Positions 50,415-59,158 of a DNA stretch of 64,000 bases are shown piece after piece. The position numbers and the translations under genes are program-made. Source of the DNA: a virus; IMG/VR virus record IMGVR_UViG_3300021963_000054, positions 40,952 through 104,951 of that record. One strand, 5' to 3'. Positions within the stretch are counted from its first letter, which is position 1. Each line of letters begins with the position of its first letter. The notes beneath the pieces are model-generated. The model was not told the DNA's origin, ran no database searches, and was given only the letters and a program-made list of their open reading frames with translations.

Positions 50415-50998
50415 ATGATAATGATATTTTAGTTATTGATACTGGAGCAAAAGCTCCAACCAAAGTTGTAGAAGAACAGATTCTTCCACTGTCTATTTTA
50501 ACAGAAGGTAATCCAATTCTAAAAACACCAGTTGAAGAATTTGATATGTCGCAAGTCATGCAACCAGAAATTCAAAAATTTATTAAGCAGTTGAAGTTGA
50601 CAATGAAAACCTACAATGGTGTTGGACTGTCAGCGAATCAATGTGGTTTTAAGTTTAGAATGTTTGTTATTGGTACAGACCAATTTCAGATGACTTGTAT
50701 CAATCCAAGAATTATTGATGTTGATGGTGAACCAAAACTAATGCGTGAAGGTTGCTTGTCATATCCAGCGTTGTTTGTTGGCGTACCTAGATATGAAGGT
50801 ATTCTTGTACATTACTATGATGAATACTCACAGCCAAAAGAATTGTGGTTGCGTGGTATTACCGCACAATGTTTCCAACATGAATTGGAACATCTTGATG
50901 GTAAAGTATTTCTTGAAAGAGTTAAGCCTCTTGCTATGCAGATGGCAAGAAAACGTCAAACTAAATTGATTAAGAAGATTGTAAGGAAATCAAAATGA
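50411..50998 (+). CDS. def: peptide deformylase
   Basis: GVGLSANQ, EGCLS and QHELEHL motifs. Confidence 0.92.
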   Translation: MNDNDILVIDTGAKAPTKVVEEQILPLSILTEGNPILKTPVEEFDMSQVMQPEIQKFIKQLKLTMKTYNGVGLSANQCGFKFRMFVIGTDQFQMTCINPRIIDVDGEPKLMREGCLSYPALFVGVPRYEGILVHYYDEYSQPKELWLRGITAQCFQHELEHLDGKVFLERVKPLAMQMARKRQTKLIKKIVRKSK

Positions 50999-51366
50999 GC
51001 GATATAAAAGTTCAAGAAACAACTGAGTATGAGAGTTGTCTTGATTTTGAGAGTGATGATATCAATGATGTTTCTAAATTTATGGATGGTGAAGAAACAC
51101 AAGAAGAAAAACTTCCTATAGTTGAAGTTGATGATTCGTTGCTTACCAGAGACCAATTCTTCAAGAAGTATTGGAAAGGTATGCCGACTTTTGACCAGAA
51201 TGATAATCCACCTTGGAAACAACTTTATGTTAACTTCCGAAATGAAGAAGATTATCTAGCATTTGCTAAGTTGATTGACCAAGCACTATCAGATAAGAGT
51301 AAAAGTATTTGGTATCCAAAACTTGACGTAGAAGAAAACTCATTGAATCGTTGGATTGTAGAATGA
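50995..51366 (+). CDS. hypothetical protein coupled to the downstream glycosyltransferase
   Basis: 123 aa with WKGMP.F.Q, V.F..EEDY..F..LI.Q, KSIWYP; ATGA overlaps on both sides. Confidence 0.75.
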   Translation: MSDIKVQETTEYESCLDFESDDINDVSKFMDGEETQEEKLPIVEVDDSLLTRDQFFKKYWKGMPTFDQNDNPPWKQLYVNFRNEEDYLAFAKLIDQALSDKSKSIWYPKLDVEENSLNRWIVE

Positions 51367-52268
51367 TTAACCCTAAGTATCCAGTTTATATTATCTCTAA
51401 AGGTCGGCATGAATCCATGTTGACTTCTCGGTCACTCGCTCGTATGAAAGTTCCTCATTACATTGCAATTGAACCACAAGACCTAGACAACTATGAGAAA
51501 GCATTGGATGAATTTAAGATTCGCCCATATGTTACATTGCTAGTTGCGCCATTCAGTAATCATGGCGATGGTCCTGGTCGTGCTAGAAATTGGTGTTGGG
51601 ATCATGCGATTGAAATTGGTGCAGAAAAGCATTGGGTACTAGATGATAACATTTCTGATTTCTACCGTTTGAATCAGAACAAACGATACCGTGTAGAATC
51701 TGGTGCTATCTTCCGAGCCGCAGAAGATTTTGTTGACCGCTTTGAGAATGTGCCAATCTCTGGCTTTCAGTATCGTTTCTTCATTGCACCAAATTCAAAG
51801 TATCCTCCTTTCGTAACTAACACACGAATCTATTCTTGTTTGCTTATCTCTAATGATTGCAAACATCGTTGGCGTGGTAGGTACAATGAAGATACTGATA
51901 TCTGTCTCCGCGTATTGAAAGATGGTGATTGCACTATTCAATTCAATGCATTCTTGCAAGGTAAAGCGGCTACACAAACAGTTAAGGGTGGTAACACCGA
52001 AGAATTCTATCATAAAGAATTTGCTGACCAAGACGAAAACTTTAAGAAGACTGGTTACAACAGTAGTGGCACAATCAATAAGTCTCAGATGCTTGCAGAT
52101 ATGCATCCAGATGTTGCAAGAGTTGTTTGGCGTTATGGTCGTTGGCATCATTATGTTGACTATAATCCATTCAAGGTAAACAAACTGCGAATGAAAGCTG
52201 ATGCTGTAATTCCAGAAGGCAACAACGAATATGGAATGAAGTTGATTCGTAATTGGAAAGCAGATTGA
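51363..52268 (+). CDS. TET-associated/GREB1-like GT-A glycosyltransferase (candidate DNA base glycosylation)
   Basis: YPVYIISKGR, ARNWCWDH, HWVLDDNI, RIYSC.LI, WRGRYNEDTD.CLRVLK.G, KGGNT. Confidence 0.75.
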   Translation: MINPKYPVYIISKGRHESMLTSRSLARMKVPHYIAIEPQDLDNYEKALDEFKIRPYVTLLVAPFSNHGDGPGRARNWCWDHAIEIGAEKHWVLDDNISDFYRLNQNKRYRVESGAIFRAAEDFVDRFENVPISGFQYRFFIAPNSKYPPFVTNTRIYSCLLISNDCKHRWRGRYNEDTDICLRVLKDGDCTIQFNAFLQGKAATQTVKGGNTEEFYHKEFADQDENFKKTGYNSSGTINKSQMLADMHPDVARVVWRYGRWHHYVDYNPFKVNKLRMKADAVIPEGNNEYGMKLIRNWKAD

Positions 52269-53122
52269 TGAGTATTGTTGATGAAATAGGCAAAGAGAGT
52301 CTAAAGCGGTATCTTGAAAACTGTGCTAAGGTTGCAGACATAGATATTGAGGCGGCATTCAAAGTCACATTGAATTGTATGAAAGCGCATGATGGCGCAA
52401 TCATACCAGATGATGATATGCGTCAAATGAAAGACCTTGAGAACAGATGGTATGCATCATTGGAAACAGGAACGCCAGACTATTCTGTTTACTCTGATGC
52501 TTATTATTTCTGCGAAGTGTGGATGTGTTGGACAAAATACTCTAGAAGGTATCTCAAAGAAATCAATGCGCCAAAGTCTATGTTTGGTAAAAGTATAGTT
52601 GAATACATTGGTAATGTTGACAATGTGGTTGACTTGGGATGCGGTTTCGGTTATACTACAGTTGGTATGAAAGAATTGTTTCCCAACTCCAATGTCTATG
52701 GTACAAATCTAAAAGATAGTTACCAGTACAAGATGGCAACAGAGTTGGGTGACAAACACAATTTCAAAATCATTGAGAATCTTACTCAAGTTGAAAAGCC
52801 AGGAACAAGTTTGTTTTTTGCTTCCGAGTACTTTGAACACTTTGACAGACCGATTGAACATTTGATTGATGTGATTGAACAAGGCTCACCAACTTATATG
52901 TTGATTGCTAACACATTCAACGGAAGAGCCATTGGTCACTTCAATCAATACAAAGATTGTACCGAAGTCTATGATGGAAAACAAATGGGAAGATTGTTCG
53001 GAAAAACACTCAGAAAATATGGATACGAAAGTGTTAACACAGATTGTTGGAATAATAGACCAGCTTTTTGGCAGAGAAAAGATAGTTGTTTTTTAACAAC
53101 AGAGAACTTTAGTAATACTTGA
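52268..53122 (+). CDS. class I SAM-dependent methyltransferase
   Basis: VVDLGCGFG motif I, ASEYFEHF..P..HL; TGATG overlap with the GT gene. Confidence 0.8.
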   Translation: MSIVDEIGKESLKRYLENCAKVADIDIEAAFKVTLNCMKAHDGAIIPDDDMRQMKDLENRWYASLETGTPDYSVYSDAYYFCEVWMCWTKYSRRYLKEINAPKSMFGKSIVEYIGNVDNVVDLGCGFGYTTVGMKELFPNSNVYGTNLKDSYQYKMATELGDKHNFKIIENLTQVEKPGTSLFFASEYFEHFDRPIEHLIDVIEQGSPTYMLIANTFNGRAIGHFNQYKDCTEVYDGKQMGRLFGKTLRKYGYESVNTDCWNNRPAFWQRKDSCFLTTENFSNT

Positions 53123-53146
53123 CATTCGTTCTGGTCCTGATATACT
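53119..53146 (+). promoter_or_regulatory. sigma70-like early promoter
   Basis: TTGACA-16-TATACT with extended TGn. Confidence 0.65.
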
Positions 53147-53171
53147 TGTATCTGTAGTTAGAAGGAACATC

Positions 53172-55496
53172 ATGCAGTTTACCCAAGAATCCAAATCTCA
53201 ATTAGCCAAGTTGATGGCTACCGAAAACCTCACCGTTGAACACCGAAAAGTATCTACGGCTTCCTTTAATCTTAAGGACCGTGTTCTTACTCTCCCAATC
53301 TGGAATGATATGTCTGGCGAAATGTATGATTTACTTACCGGGCATGAAGTTGGTCACGCATTAGAAACGCCAGAAGAAGGTTGGCACAATGCCGTCATGG
53401 GCACTGGCAAATTTGATAAGAATTTCAAAAACTTCCTTAATGTGGTTGAAGATGCCCGCATTGAGAAAAAAGTCAAACGCCGTTTTCCCGGCTTGCGCCA
53501 ATCGTTTGTCAAAGCATACGGTCAACTATTAGAAAAAGATTTTTTCGGTATCAAGTATCGTAATGTGAATGCTTTGCCTTTCATTGACCGCTTGAACCTT
53601 TACACTAAAGGTGGTGTCTCCCTCGGCATTCAATTCAACAATGAAGAAACCAAAATGTTAGCCGATGTTGAATCGTGCGAAACGTGGGAAGATGTTGTCC
53701 GTATTACCGAAGCAATTTTTGACTATTCAAAAACCGAACAAAAAGAATTGCAACAAGAAAAAATTCGCCAACTGAATTCATTCTATGATGATGAAGATGG
53801 CGATTATGAAATGGACATGGACAGCAATGATGATTCTTCCAATGATGAAGAAGAAAATCAGAAAGATGGTCAGTCACAAGATGGTGAAACTGAAAAAGAA
53901 TCATCCGATGGTGAAGATACAGAAAAATCTGAATCTGGTAAATCAGATTCCGACTCGGAAGAAACATCAGAAGAACAGCCAGAAAAAAGCAATACCATTG
54001 AACGTGATAAAGAATCACATGATAGTACCAGTGAAAATTCTGACTTTGAACCAGTTTGTGAAACCGATGAAAAGTTTCGTGAAAACGAAAGTCAATTGTT
54101 GGACAGGTCTTGCAAAGAATATCTGTATGTGAATTTGCCAACACCTATCTTTTCAGAAATTCTTACACCATACAAACGTGTGCATGAATTGATGGAAAAC
54201 TTTTGGAATGACCGCCTTGACAATCGTAAAGATATCCAAAATAATTTGCTCCGCGATTTCAAAAACAAGAATGACCGGTATGTTTCTTTGCTTGCAAAAG
54301 AATTTGAAATGCGTAAAGCCGCATCAAAATTCTCTCGCCAAAAAGTTTCTGAGACTGGTGATATTGACGTTAGCCGTATCTATAAATACCAAGTTGATGA
54401 CAATATTTTCCGCAAAGCTACCTTTGTACCAAAAGGCAAATCGCATGGTTTAGTTTTGTTGCTTGACCGTTCAGGTTCAATGCAAAGCAATATGTCTTCA
54501 TCATGGGAACAAATTTTGGTTCTCGCAATGTTTTGCCGCAAAGTGAATATTCCTTTTGTTGTTTATGGTTTCGGTAATGATGATAGTACTTTTCAACATG
54601 ACCATGGTCGTTTTAATCATAGGTCATTTTCAGAAAATGTAAACGAATTGTCTGGTTCGAATGTTTTCTTGCGTGAGTATTTGAATTCTAAAATGAGTGC
54701 AAGTGAATTTACTCGGTGTACCAAAAATATTCTGGCTTTGGCTAGCAGTTATGATTATCGTAATTATCGTAGATTTTCAACACCTAGTTCTGAAACTTTA
54801 TCAAATACTCCAATGACGGAAGCAATGATTGCATTGAAGCCTTTGACAGAACAATTCCGTAAAGTGAACAATCTTGATATTGTTAATACTGTTATCATGC
54901 ACGATGGTGATGCCGACAGAATTGGCGCTGTGGTTGGTGAACGTACTGACTACAATGGTAAATCATATCTTGGAAGAACGGGTATCGGTAACGATACATA
55001 CAACCTTGTGTTGCGTGACAAGAAAAATAAATTTGAAGAATTGATGCGTAGTGAATCTGGTGAATGTCCGGTTCGTGAATCAGTTTTCAACTGGTATCGC
55101 AAAACTACTGGTTCAAAGATTATCGGTTTCTACATTGCTGGTACAGGCAACGGTCTCCGTGCTGGCATTGAACGCCGTTACATCAATGAAAAGGGTGAAA
55201 CTTTGCGTGATGTTTATGATGGCGGTTCCAATGATTCATACTATCAACGTAAAGAAGCGGCTAAACAACTTGCCCAACAAGTCAAAGCGGAAAGATTCAT
55301 AGAATCTAAAAATTTTGGCTACAATAAATTCTTTATTATTCCTGGCGGTGATGACCTTGATGTTGAAAACGAAAGTTTACAAGTTAGTGGTGATGTTACT
55401 GCTGGTAAACTAAAGAGTGCATTTATGAAAATGAATAAGAAGAAACAAGTAAGCCGCGTCCTAGTCAATCGCTTTATCGGCGAAATTGCTGTGTGA
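53172..55496 (+). CDS. metallopeptidase-like + vWA domain protein (CobT-like partner of MoxR ATPase)
   Basis: HEVGH (HExxH), NVVEDARIE, acidic linker, LLLDRSGSM MIDAS, NTP, HDGD. Confidence 0.88.
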   Translation: MQFTQESKSQLAKLMATENLTVEHRKVSTASFNLKDRVLTLPIWNDMSGEMYDLLTGHEVGHALETPEEGWHNAVMGTGKFDKNFKNFLNVVEDARIEKKVKRRFPGLRQSFVKAYGQLLEKDFFGIKYRNVNALPFIDRLNLYTKGGVSLGIQFNNEETKMLADVESCETWEDVVRITEAIFDYSKTEQKELQQEKIRQLNSFYDDEDGDYEMDMDSNDDSSNDEEENQKDGQSQDGETEKESSDGEDTEKSESGKSDSDSEETSEEQPEKSNTIERDKESHDSTSENSDFEPVCETDEKFRENESQLLDRSCKEYLYVNLPTPIFSEILTPYKRVHELMENFWNDRLDNRKDIQNNLLRDFKNKNDRYVSLLAKEFEMRKAASKFSRQKVSETGDIDVSRIYKYQVDDNIFRKATFVPKGKSHGLVLLLDRSGSMQSNMSSSWEQILVLAMFCRKVNIPFVVYGFGNDDSTFQHDHGRFNHRSFSENVNELSGSNVFLREYLNSKMSASEFTRCTKNILALASSYDYRNYRRFSTPSSETLSNTPMTEAMIALKPLTEQFRKVNNLDIVNTVIMHDGDADRIGAVVGERTDYNGKSYLGRTGIGNDTYNLVLRDKKNKFEELMRSESGECPVRESVFNWYRKTTGSKIIGFYIAGTGNGLRAGIERRYINEKGETLRDVYDGGSNDSYYQRKEAAKQLAQQVKAERFIESKNFGYNKFFIIPGGDDLDVENESLQVSGDVTAGKLKSAFMKMNKKKQVSRVLVNRFIGEIAV

Positions 55497-55516
55497 CATT
55501 TTTACAACACCACCTA

Positions 55517-55545
55517 TTGACAAGGTGGTGTTTCCCTGTTATAAT
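55517..55545 (+). promoter_or_regulatory. sigma70 promoter with -35 in the loop of a 10-bp inverted repeat
   Basis: TTGACA-17-TATAAT; arms aacaccacct/aggtggtgtt at 55506-55532. Confidence 0.8.
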
Positions 55546-55579
55546 TGTTTTATTGATTGATTGAAATGGAGTTTATATT

Positions 55580-56761
55580 ATGCGTAAGGTGAATGTTTCT
55601 GCCCGTGAGAAGTTTATTTCTTTGGCTCTTGCTACGGGTAAAAGTGTCTTGAATGTGGAAGATATCTGGTCAATTTGTAATGAAGCCGATTTGAAATATC
55701 CACAATGGTTCACAAAAGATCCAGAAAATCGTGCTGGTCGCGGACTATATAAACTACCAACTAATGTTTCCGTAGTTAATTTGGCTGCCCAAGTATTACC
55801 CATGAAGAAAACCGAATCCGCACCTGTTGCGCCTGTCGCACAAAACCGAATCGCTAATGTATCTACCGACCTTGAGACTGGTAATCTAGTCCCTCAAGTG
55901 TACAAAAATTATGTACCCTTTGGCAACTATGAAGATTTGCTGGCTATCGTAAACAGTAAACAATTCTTCCCCATCTTTATCACTGGTCAATCTGGCAACG
56001 GTAAAACAATGTCCGTTGAACAAGCCTGTGCCAAAGCAAAACGCAAATTCGTTTGTATCTCAATGACACCAGAAACCGATGAAGGCGATTTGCTCGGTAA
56101 CTTTGTTTTGATTAACGGTCAGATGGAATGGCGTGATGGTCCCGTTACTACAGCCGCACGACAAGGTGCCGTTTTGTGTATTGATGAAATTGACTACGGC
56201 GCACAAAACTTGTCCTGCTTGCAACGGGTACTAGAAGGTAAGCCTTTCATGTTGAAGAAAAAAGGTGAGGTTGTTTATCCAGCCGAAGGCTTTACGATTG
56301 TTGCCACTGCAAATACAAAAGGTAAAGGCTCCGAAGATGGTCGCTATATGTTCACCAACGTATTGAACGAAGCCTTCTTGGAAAGATTCTTGAATACTTA
56401 TGAGCAAGAGTTTCCTCCTGTTGCAGTTGAGAAGAAAATCATCAAAAAAGAATTGACCACCGCTGGTCGTACCGATGATGAATTCGCCGAGAAACTTGTT
56501 ACATGGGCTGATGTTATTCGCAAAACATTCTCCGAAGGTGGTGTTGATGAAATTATCTCCACTCGCCGTCTGGTACACATTTGCAAAACATATGGTGTGC
56601 ATGGTGACCGAATGAAAGCGGTATCTTTGTGTTTGAATCGTTTTGATACCGATACCAAAATGTCTTTCCTTGACTTATACACCAAACTTGATGCGCCTGC
56701 CAAAGAAGATCCTGTAAAATCAGTACCGCCATCAAAGTATGAAGAAGAAGTACCATTTTAA
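55580..56761 (+). CDS. MoxR/CobS-like AAA+ ATPase
   Basis: GQSGNGKT, LCIDEID, ATANTKGKGS.DGR, LNEAFLERF, ISTRRL. Confidence 0.92.
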   Translation: MRKVNVSAREKFISLALATGKSVLNVEDIWSICNEADLKYPQWFTKDPENRAGRGLYKLPTNVSVVNLAAQVLPMKKTESAPVAPVAQNRIANVSTDLETGNLVPQVYKNYVPFGNYEDLLAIVNSKQFFPIFITGQSGNGKTMSVEQACAKAKRKFVCISMTPETDEGDLLGNFVLINGQMEWRDGPVTTAARQGAVLCIDEIDYGAQNLSCLQRVLEGKPFMLKKKGEVVYPAEGFTIVATANTKGKGSEDGRYMFTNVLNEAFLERFLNTYEQEFPPVAVEKKIIKKELTTAGRTDDEFAEKLVTWADVIRKTFSEGGVDEIISTRRLVHICKTYGVHGDRMKAVSLCLNRFDTDTKMSFLDLYTKLDAPAKEDPVKSVPPSKYEEEVPF

Positions 56762-56785
56762 TTAATACGTTTACCACTAAGAGTA

Positions 56786-56814
56786 TTGACTTACTCTTAG
56801 TGGTTTGCTACAAT
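56786..56814 (+). promoter_or_regulatory. sigma70 promoter with -35 in the loop of a 13-bp perfect inverted repeat
   Basis: TTGACT-17-TACAAT; arms accactaagagta/tactcttagtggt at 56773-56804. Confidence 0.75.
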
Positions 56815-56821
56815 TATGAAT

Positions 56822-56864
56822 CTTGAGAACGACCACCTCTCAAGTGTATATCCAAAGTGTGGTT
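56822..56864 (+). ncRNA. candidate H-type pseudoknot in the 5' leader of the wHTH gene
   Basis: Stem cttgaga/tctcaag; loop GACCAC pairs with downstream GTGGTT. Confidence 0.5.
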
Positions 56865-56882
56865 TTATTATGGAGTTTTATT

Positions 56883-57164
56883 ATGTCTAAGATGACTACT
56901 AAAGAAAAAATGCTTGCCGTTTTGAGCAAGACTGATGGTTACAATACCTTCACCACGGCTCAGGCACGGGCACGTTTCGGCATTACTAATGTGTCCGCAC
57001 GTATCAACGAATTGCGTGAAGATGGACATGCAATTTACACCAACAGCAAAACACTTGCTAATGGTCGTAAAATTTCCTTCTACCGCCTTGGTCAGCCAAC
57101 CAAGCGCATGGTTGCAGAAGGCATCAAAGCCCTACGTGCAAAGGGTGTTAGCACTTTTGCCTAA
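56883..57164 (+). CDS. winged helix-turn-helix DNA-binding protein
   Basis: ATG after GGAG; TTAQARARFGITNVSARINELREDGHAIYT...FYRLG. Confidence 0.8.
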   Translation: MSKMTTKEKMLAVLSKTDGYNTFTTAQARARFGITNVSARINELREDGHAIYTNSKTLANGRKISFYRLGQPTKRMVAEGIKALRAKGVSTFA

Positions 57165-57184
57165 TCCCTAGGCTCTTGCTAAGA

Positions 57185-57221
57185 AGGATGTGATATATAC
57201 TTGTATCACATCCTCTTTTTT
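57185..57221 (+). terminator. terminator hairpin with TATACT in its loop
   Basis: aggatgtgata/tatcacatcct 11-bp stem followed by a T-run. Confidence 0.7.
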
Positions 57222-57232
57222 ATGGATAAATT

Positions 57233-58048
57233 ATGGAAATAAAAGTTAAAATTGAAGACTTGAAAAAGCACAAATTGTTTGTTGCTACACCAATGTACGG
57301 TGGTATGGCACATGGCATGTATCTTAAGGCTTGCCTTGATTTGCAAGCACTCATGTCCAAATATGGTGTTGAAACACGATTTTCGTTTTTGTTCAATGAA
57401 TCATTAATCACACGGGCTAGAAATTATTTGGTAGATGAATTTCTCCGCTCTGATTGTACCCATCTACTTTTTATTGATTCTGATGTTCACTACAATCCAC
57501 AAGATGTAGTTGCACTCTTAGCACTTGATAAAGAAGTTATTGGTGGACCTTATCCCAAGAAAGCTATCAACTGGAACAACATCGCACTTGCCGCACGTAA
57601 ACATCCAGATTTAGCACCACATGAATTGGAAAATCTTGTTGGTGATTATGTTTTTAATGTCGTTAGAGGCACTCAACAATTCTCTGTGACTGAACCACTA
57701 GAAGTTTTAGAGATTGGTACTGGCTACATGATGGTCAAGCGAGAAGTGTTTCCAATCTTGGAAGAAAAATATCCTCAATTGCGTTACAAACCTGACCACG
57801 TTGGGCAAGCACACTTTGATGGTTCAAGATACATTCATGCATACTTTGATACCGTGATTGATACACTTGATAGTGCAACAGGCGGTGGCTCTGAAAGATA
57901 TCTAAGTGAAGATTATATGTTTTGCCAACTATGGCGCAAAACAGGTGGTTCAATCTACTTGTGCCCATGGATGAAGACACAACATATCGGTACATATCCT
58001 TTCACGGGTAACCTATCTAAGATTGCTGAATTGACAGGAAAATTATAA
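57233..58048 (+). CDS. GT-A fold glycosyltransferase-like protein
   Basis: FVATPMYGG, NESLITRARN, LLFIDSD (DxD), GTGYM.VKR, YLSEDY.FC, HIG. Confidence 0.75.
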   Translation: MEIKVKIEDLKKHKLFVATPMYGGMAHGMYLKACLDLQALMSKYGVETRFSFLFNESLITRARNYLVDEFLRSDCTHLLFIDSDVHYNPQDVVALLALDKEVIGGPYPKKAINWNNIALAARKHPDLAPHELENLVGDYVFNVVRGTQQFSVTEPLEVLEIGTGYMMVKREVFPILEEKYPQLRYKPDHVGQAHFDGSRYIHAYFDTVIDTLDSATGGGSERYLSEDYMFCQLWRKTGGSIYLCPWMKTQHIGTYPFTGNLSKIAELTGKL

Positions 58049-58404
58049 TGCCAAATATCTGGAAAGCACAAATTGATGTTGTAAAAGCATCACAGACTGC
58101 TACTACAGGTGGTCGTAAATTTGACGGAAACAAACTAGAATACGGTTTGATTCCGCCACTTGCCCAACAAGAAATGGTACGGGTTCTTACTTTCGGTGCT
58201 CAAAAATATGAAAGAGACAACTGGAAAAGAGTACCCGATTCCAAACGCAGATACTTTGATGCGTTGGAACGCCATATCTGGGCATGGAAAATGGGTGAAA
58301 CATTAGACCCAGAATCAGGTATACATCACTTAGCGCATGCCATGTGTTGTTTATCCTTTTTGTATGAGCATGATGTTAAGTATTCGCTTGACAATGCTGA
58401 ATGA
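58048..58404 (+). CDS. dATP/dGTP diphosphohydrolase (DUF5664-like)
   Basis: GRKFDGNK..Y.LIP, V.TFGAQKY..DNW, A..RH..AW..GE..DPESG.HHLAHA.CC..FL. Confidence 0.85.
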   Translation: MPNIWKAQIDVVKASQTATTGGRKFDGNKLEYGLIPPLAQQEMVRVLTFGAQKYERDNWKRVPDSKRRYFDALERHIWAWKMGETLDPESGIHHLAHAMCCLSFLYEHDVKYSLDNAE

Positions 58405-58416
58405 ATGTTGTATAAT
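58388..58416 (+). promoter_or_regulatory. sigma70-like promoter for the gp45 operon
   Basis: TTGACA-17-TATAAT. Confidence 0.8.
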
Positions 58417-58439
58417 TAAATTTTTTTGGAGAGTATATT

Positions 58440-59123
58440 ATGAAATTGTCTAAAGACACCTTGACCGTATTGAAAAACTTTGCCTCTATCAATGATGGTA
58501 TCATGTTCCGTAAGGGTAGCGTATTGCGTACCTGTGATGCGTCTAAACAAGTTTTGGCTGAAACGACAATCAGCGAAACGATTGATGAAGATTTCGGTAT
58601 CTATGATTTGAATAAATTTCTTGCAGTCTTAGGGTTGCATCAAGATAATTCACAGTTGCAAATTGATACATCAACTAAGTCTGCGATTATCAATGACACC
58701 AGTGGTCGTAGTAAAATCACATATCGCATTTGTGATGCTACTATGATTAAGAATGCATCGGATAAATCTGTTAAGATGCCAGAGCCTGAAGTAACTTTCA
58801 ATATCTCTCAAGCAGATTTGGAATTTATCATGCGGTCAGCCGCTACTCTTGTTACTCCTCACATTTCAGTAACATCTGACGGTAGCAAAATCTATGTCTC
58901 AGCACTTGATGACAAGAACACATCTACACACAGCAATCAACTTGAAGTTGGCGTTGGCAATGGTAAGAAATATAAAATGTTGTTTAAGACTGAGAACATG
59001 AAAATGATTCCTGGTTCATACGAGATTTCTATTTCTTTCAAAGGTATTGCACACTTTAAGAACACCACAAAGCCATTGCAATATTGGGTTGCTACAGAAC
59101 TCGGTTCAACCAGCGAAGGTTGA
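58440..59123 (+). CDS. gp45: sliding clamp gp45
   Basis: MKLSKDTL.VLKNFASIN, FGIYDLNKFL, EN.KMIPG.Y, YWVA.E. Confidence 0.95.
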   Translation: MKLSKDTLTVLKNFASINDGIMFRKGSVLRTCDASKQVLAETTISETIDEDFGIYDLNKFLAVLGLHQDNSQLQIDTSTKSAIINDTSGRSKITYRICDATMIKNASDKSVKMPEPEVTFNISQADLEFIMRSAATLVTPHISVTSDGSKIYVSALDDKNTSTHSNQLEVGVGNGKKYKMLFKTENMKMIPGSYEISISFKGIAHFKNTTKPLQYWVATELGSTSEG

Positions 59124-59158
59124 TTTGATTTTTTTGAATTTTTTATTATGGAGTTTTT

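Noticed and set aside
55580-56761. cobS as a cobalamin biosynthesis auxiliary gene
   Set aside because: No cobN or other cob genes are present; better described as a MoxR AAA+ with a vWA partner, so no symbol was assigned.
56823-56882. N-terminal extensions in the ORF track (also 31513, 44642, 51351, 52253, 17296, 62992)
   Set aside because: Downstream starts have proper SD sequences or stop/start overlaps; the extensions overlap upstream genes or a structured leader.
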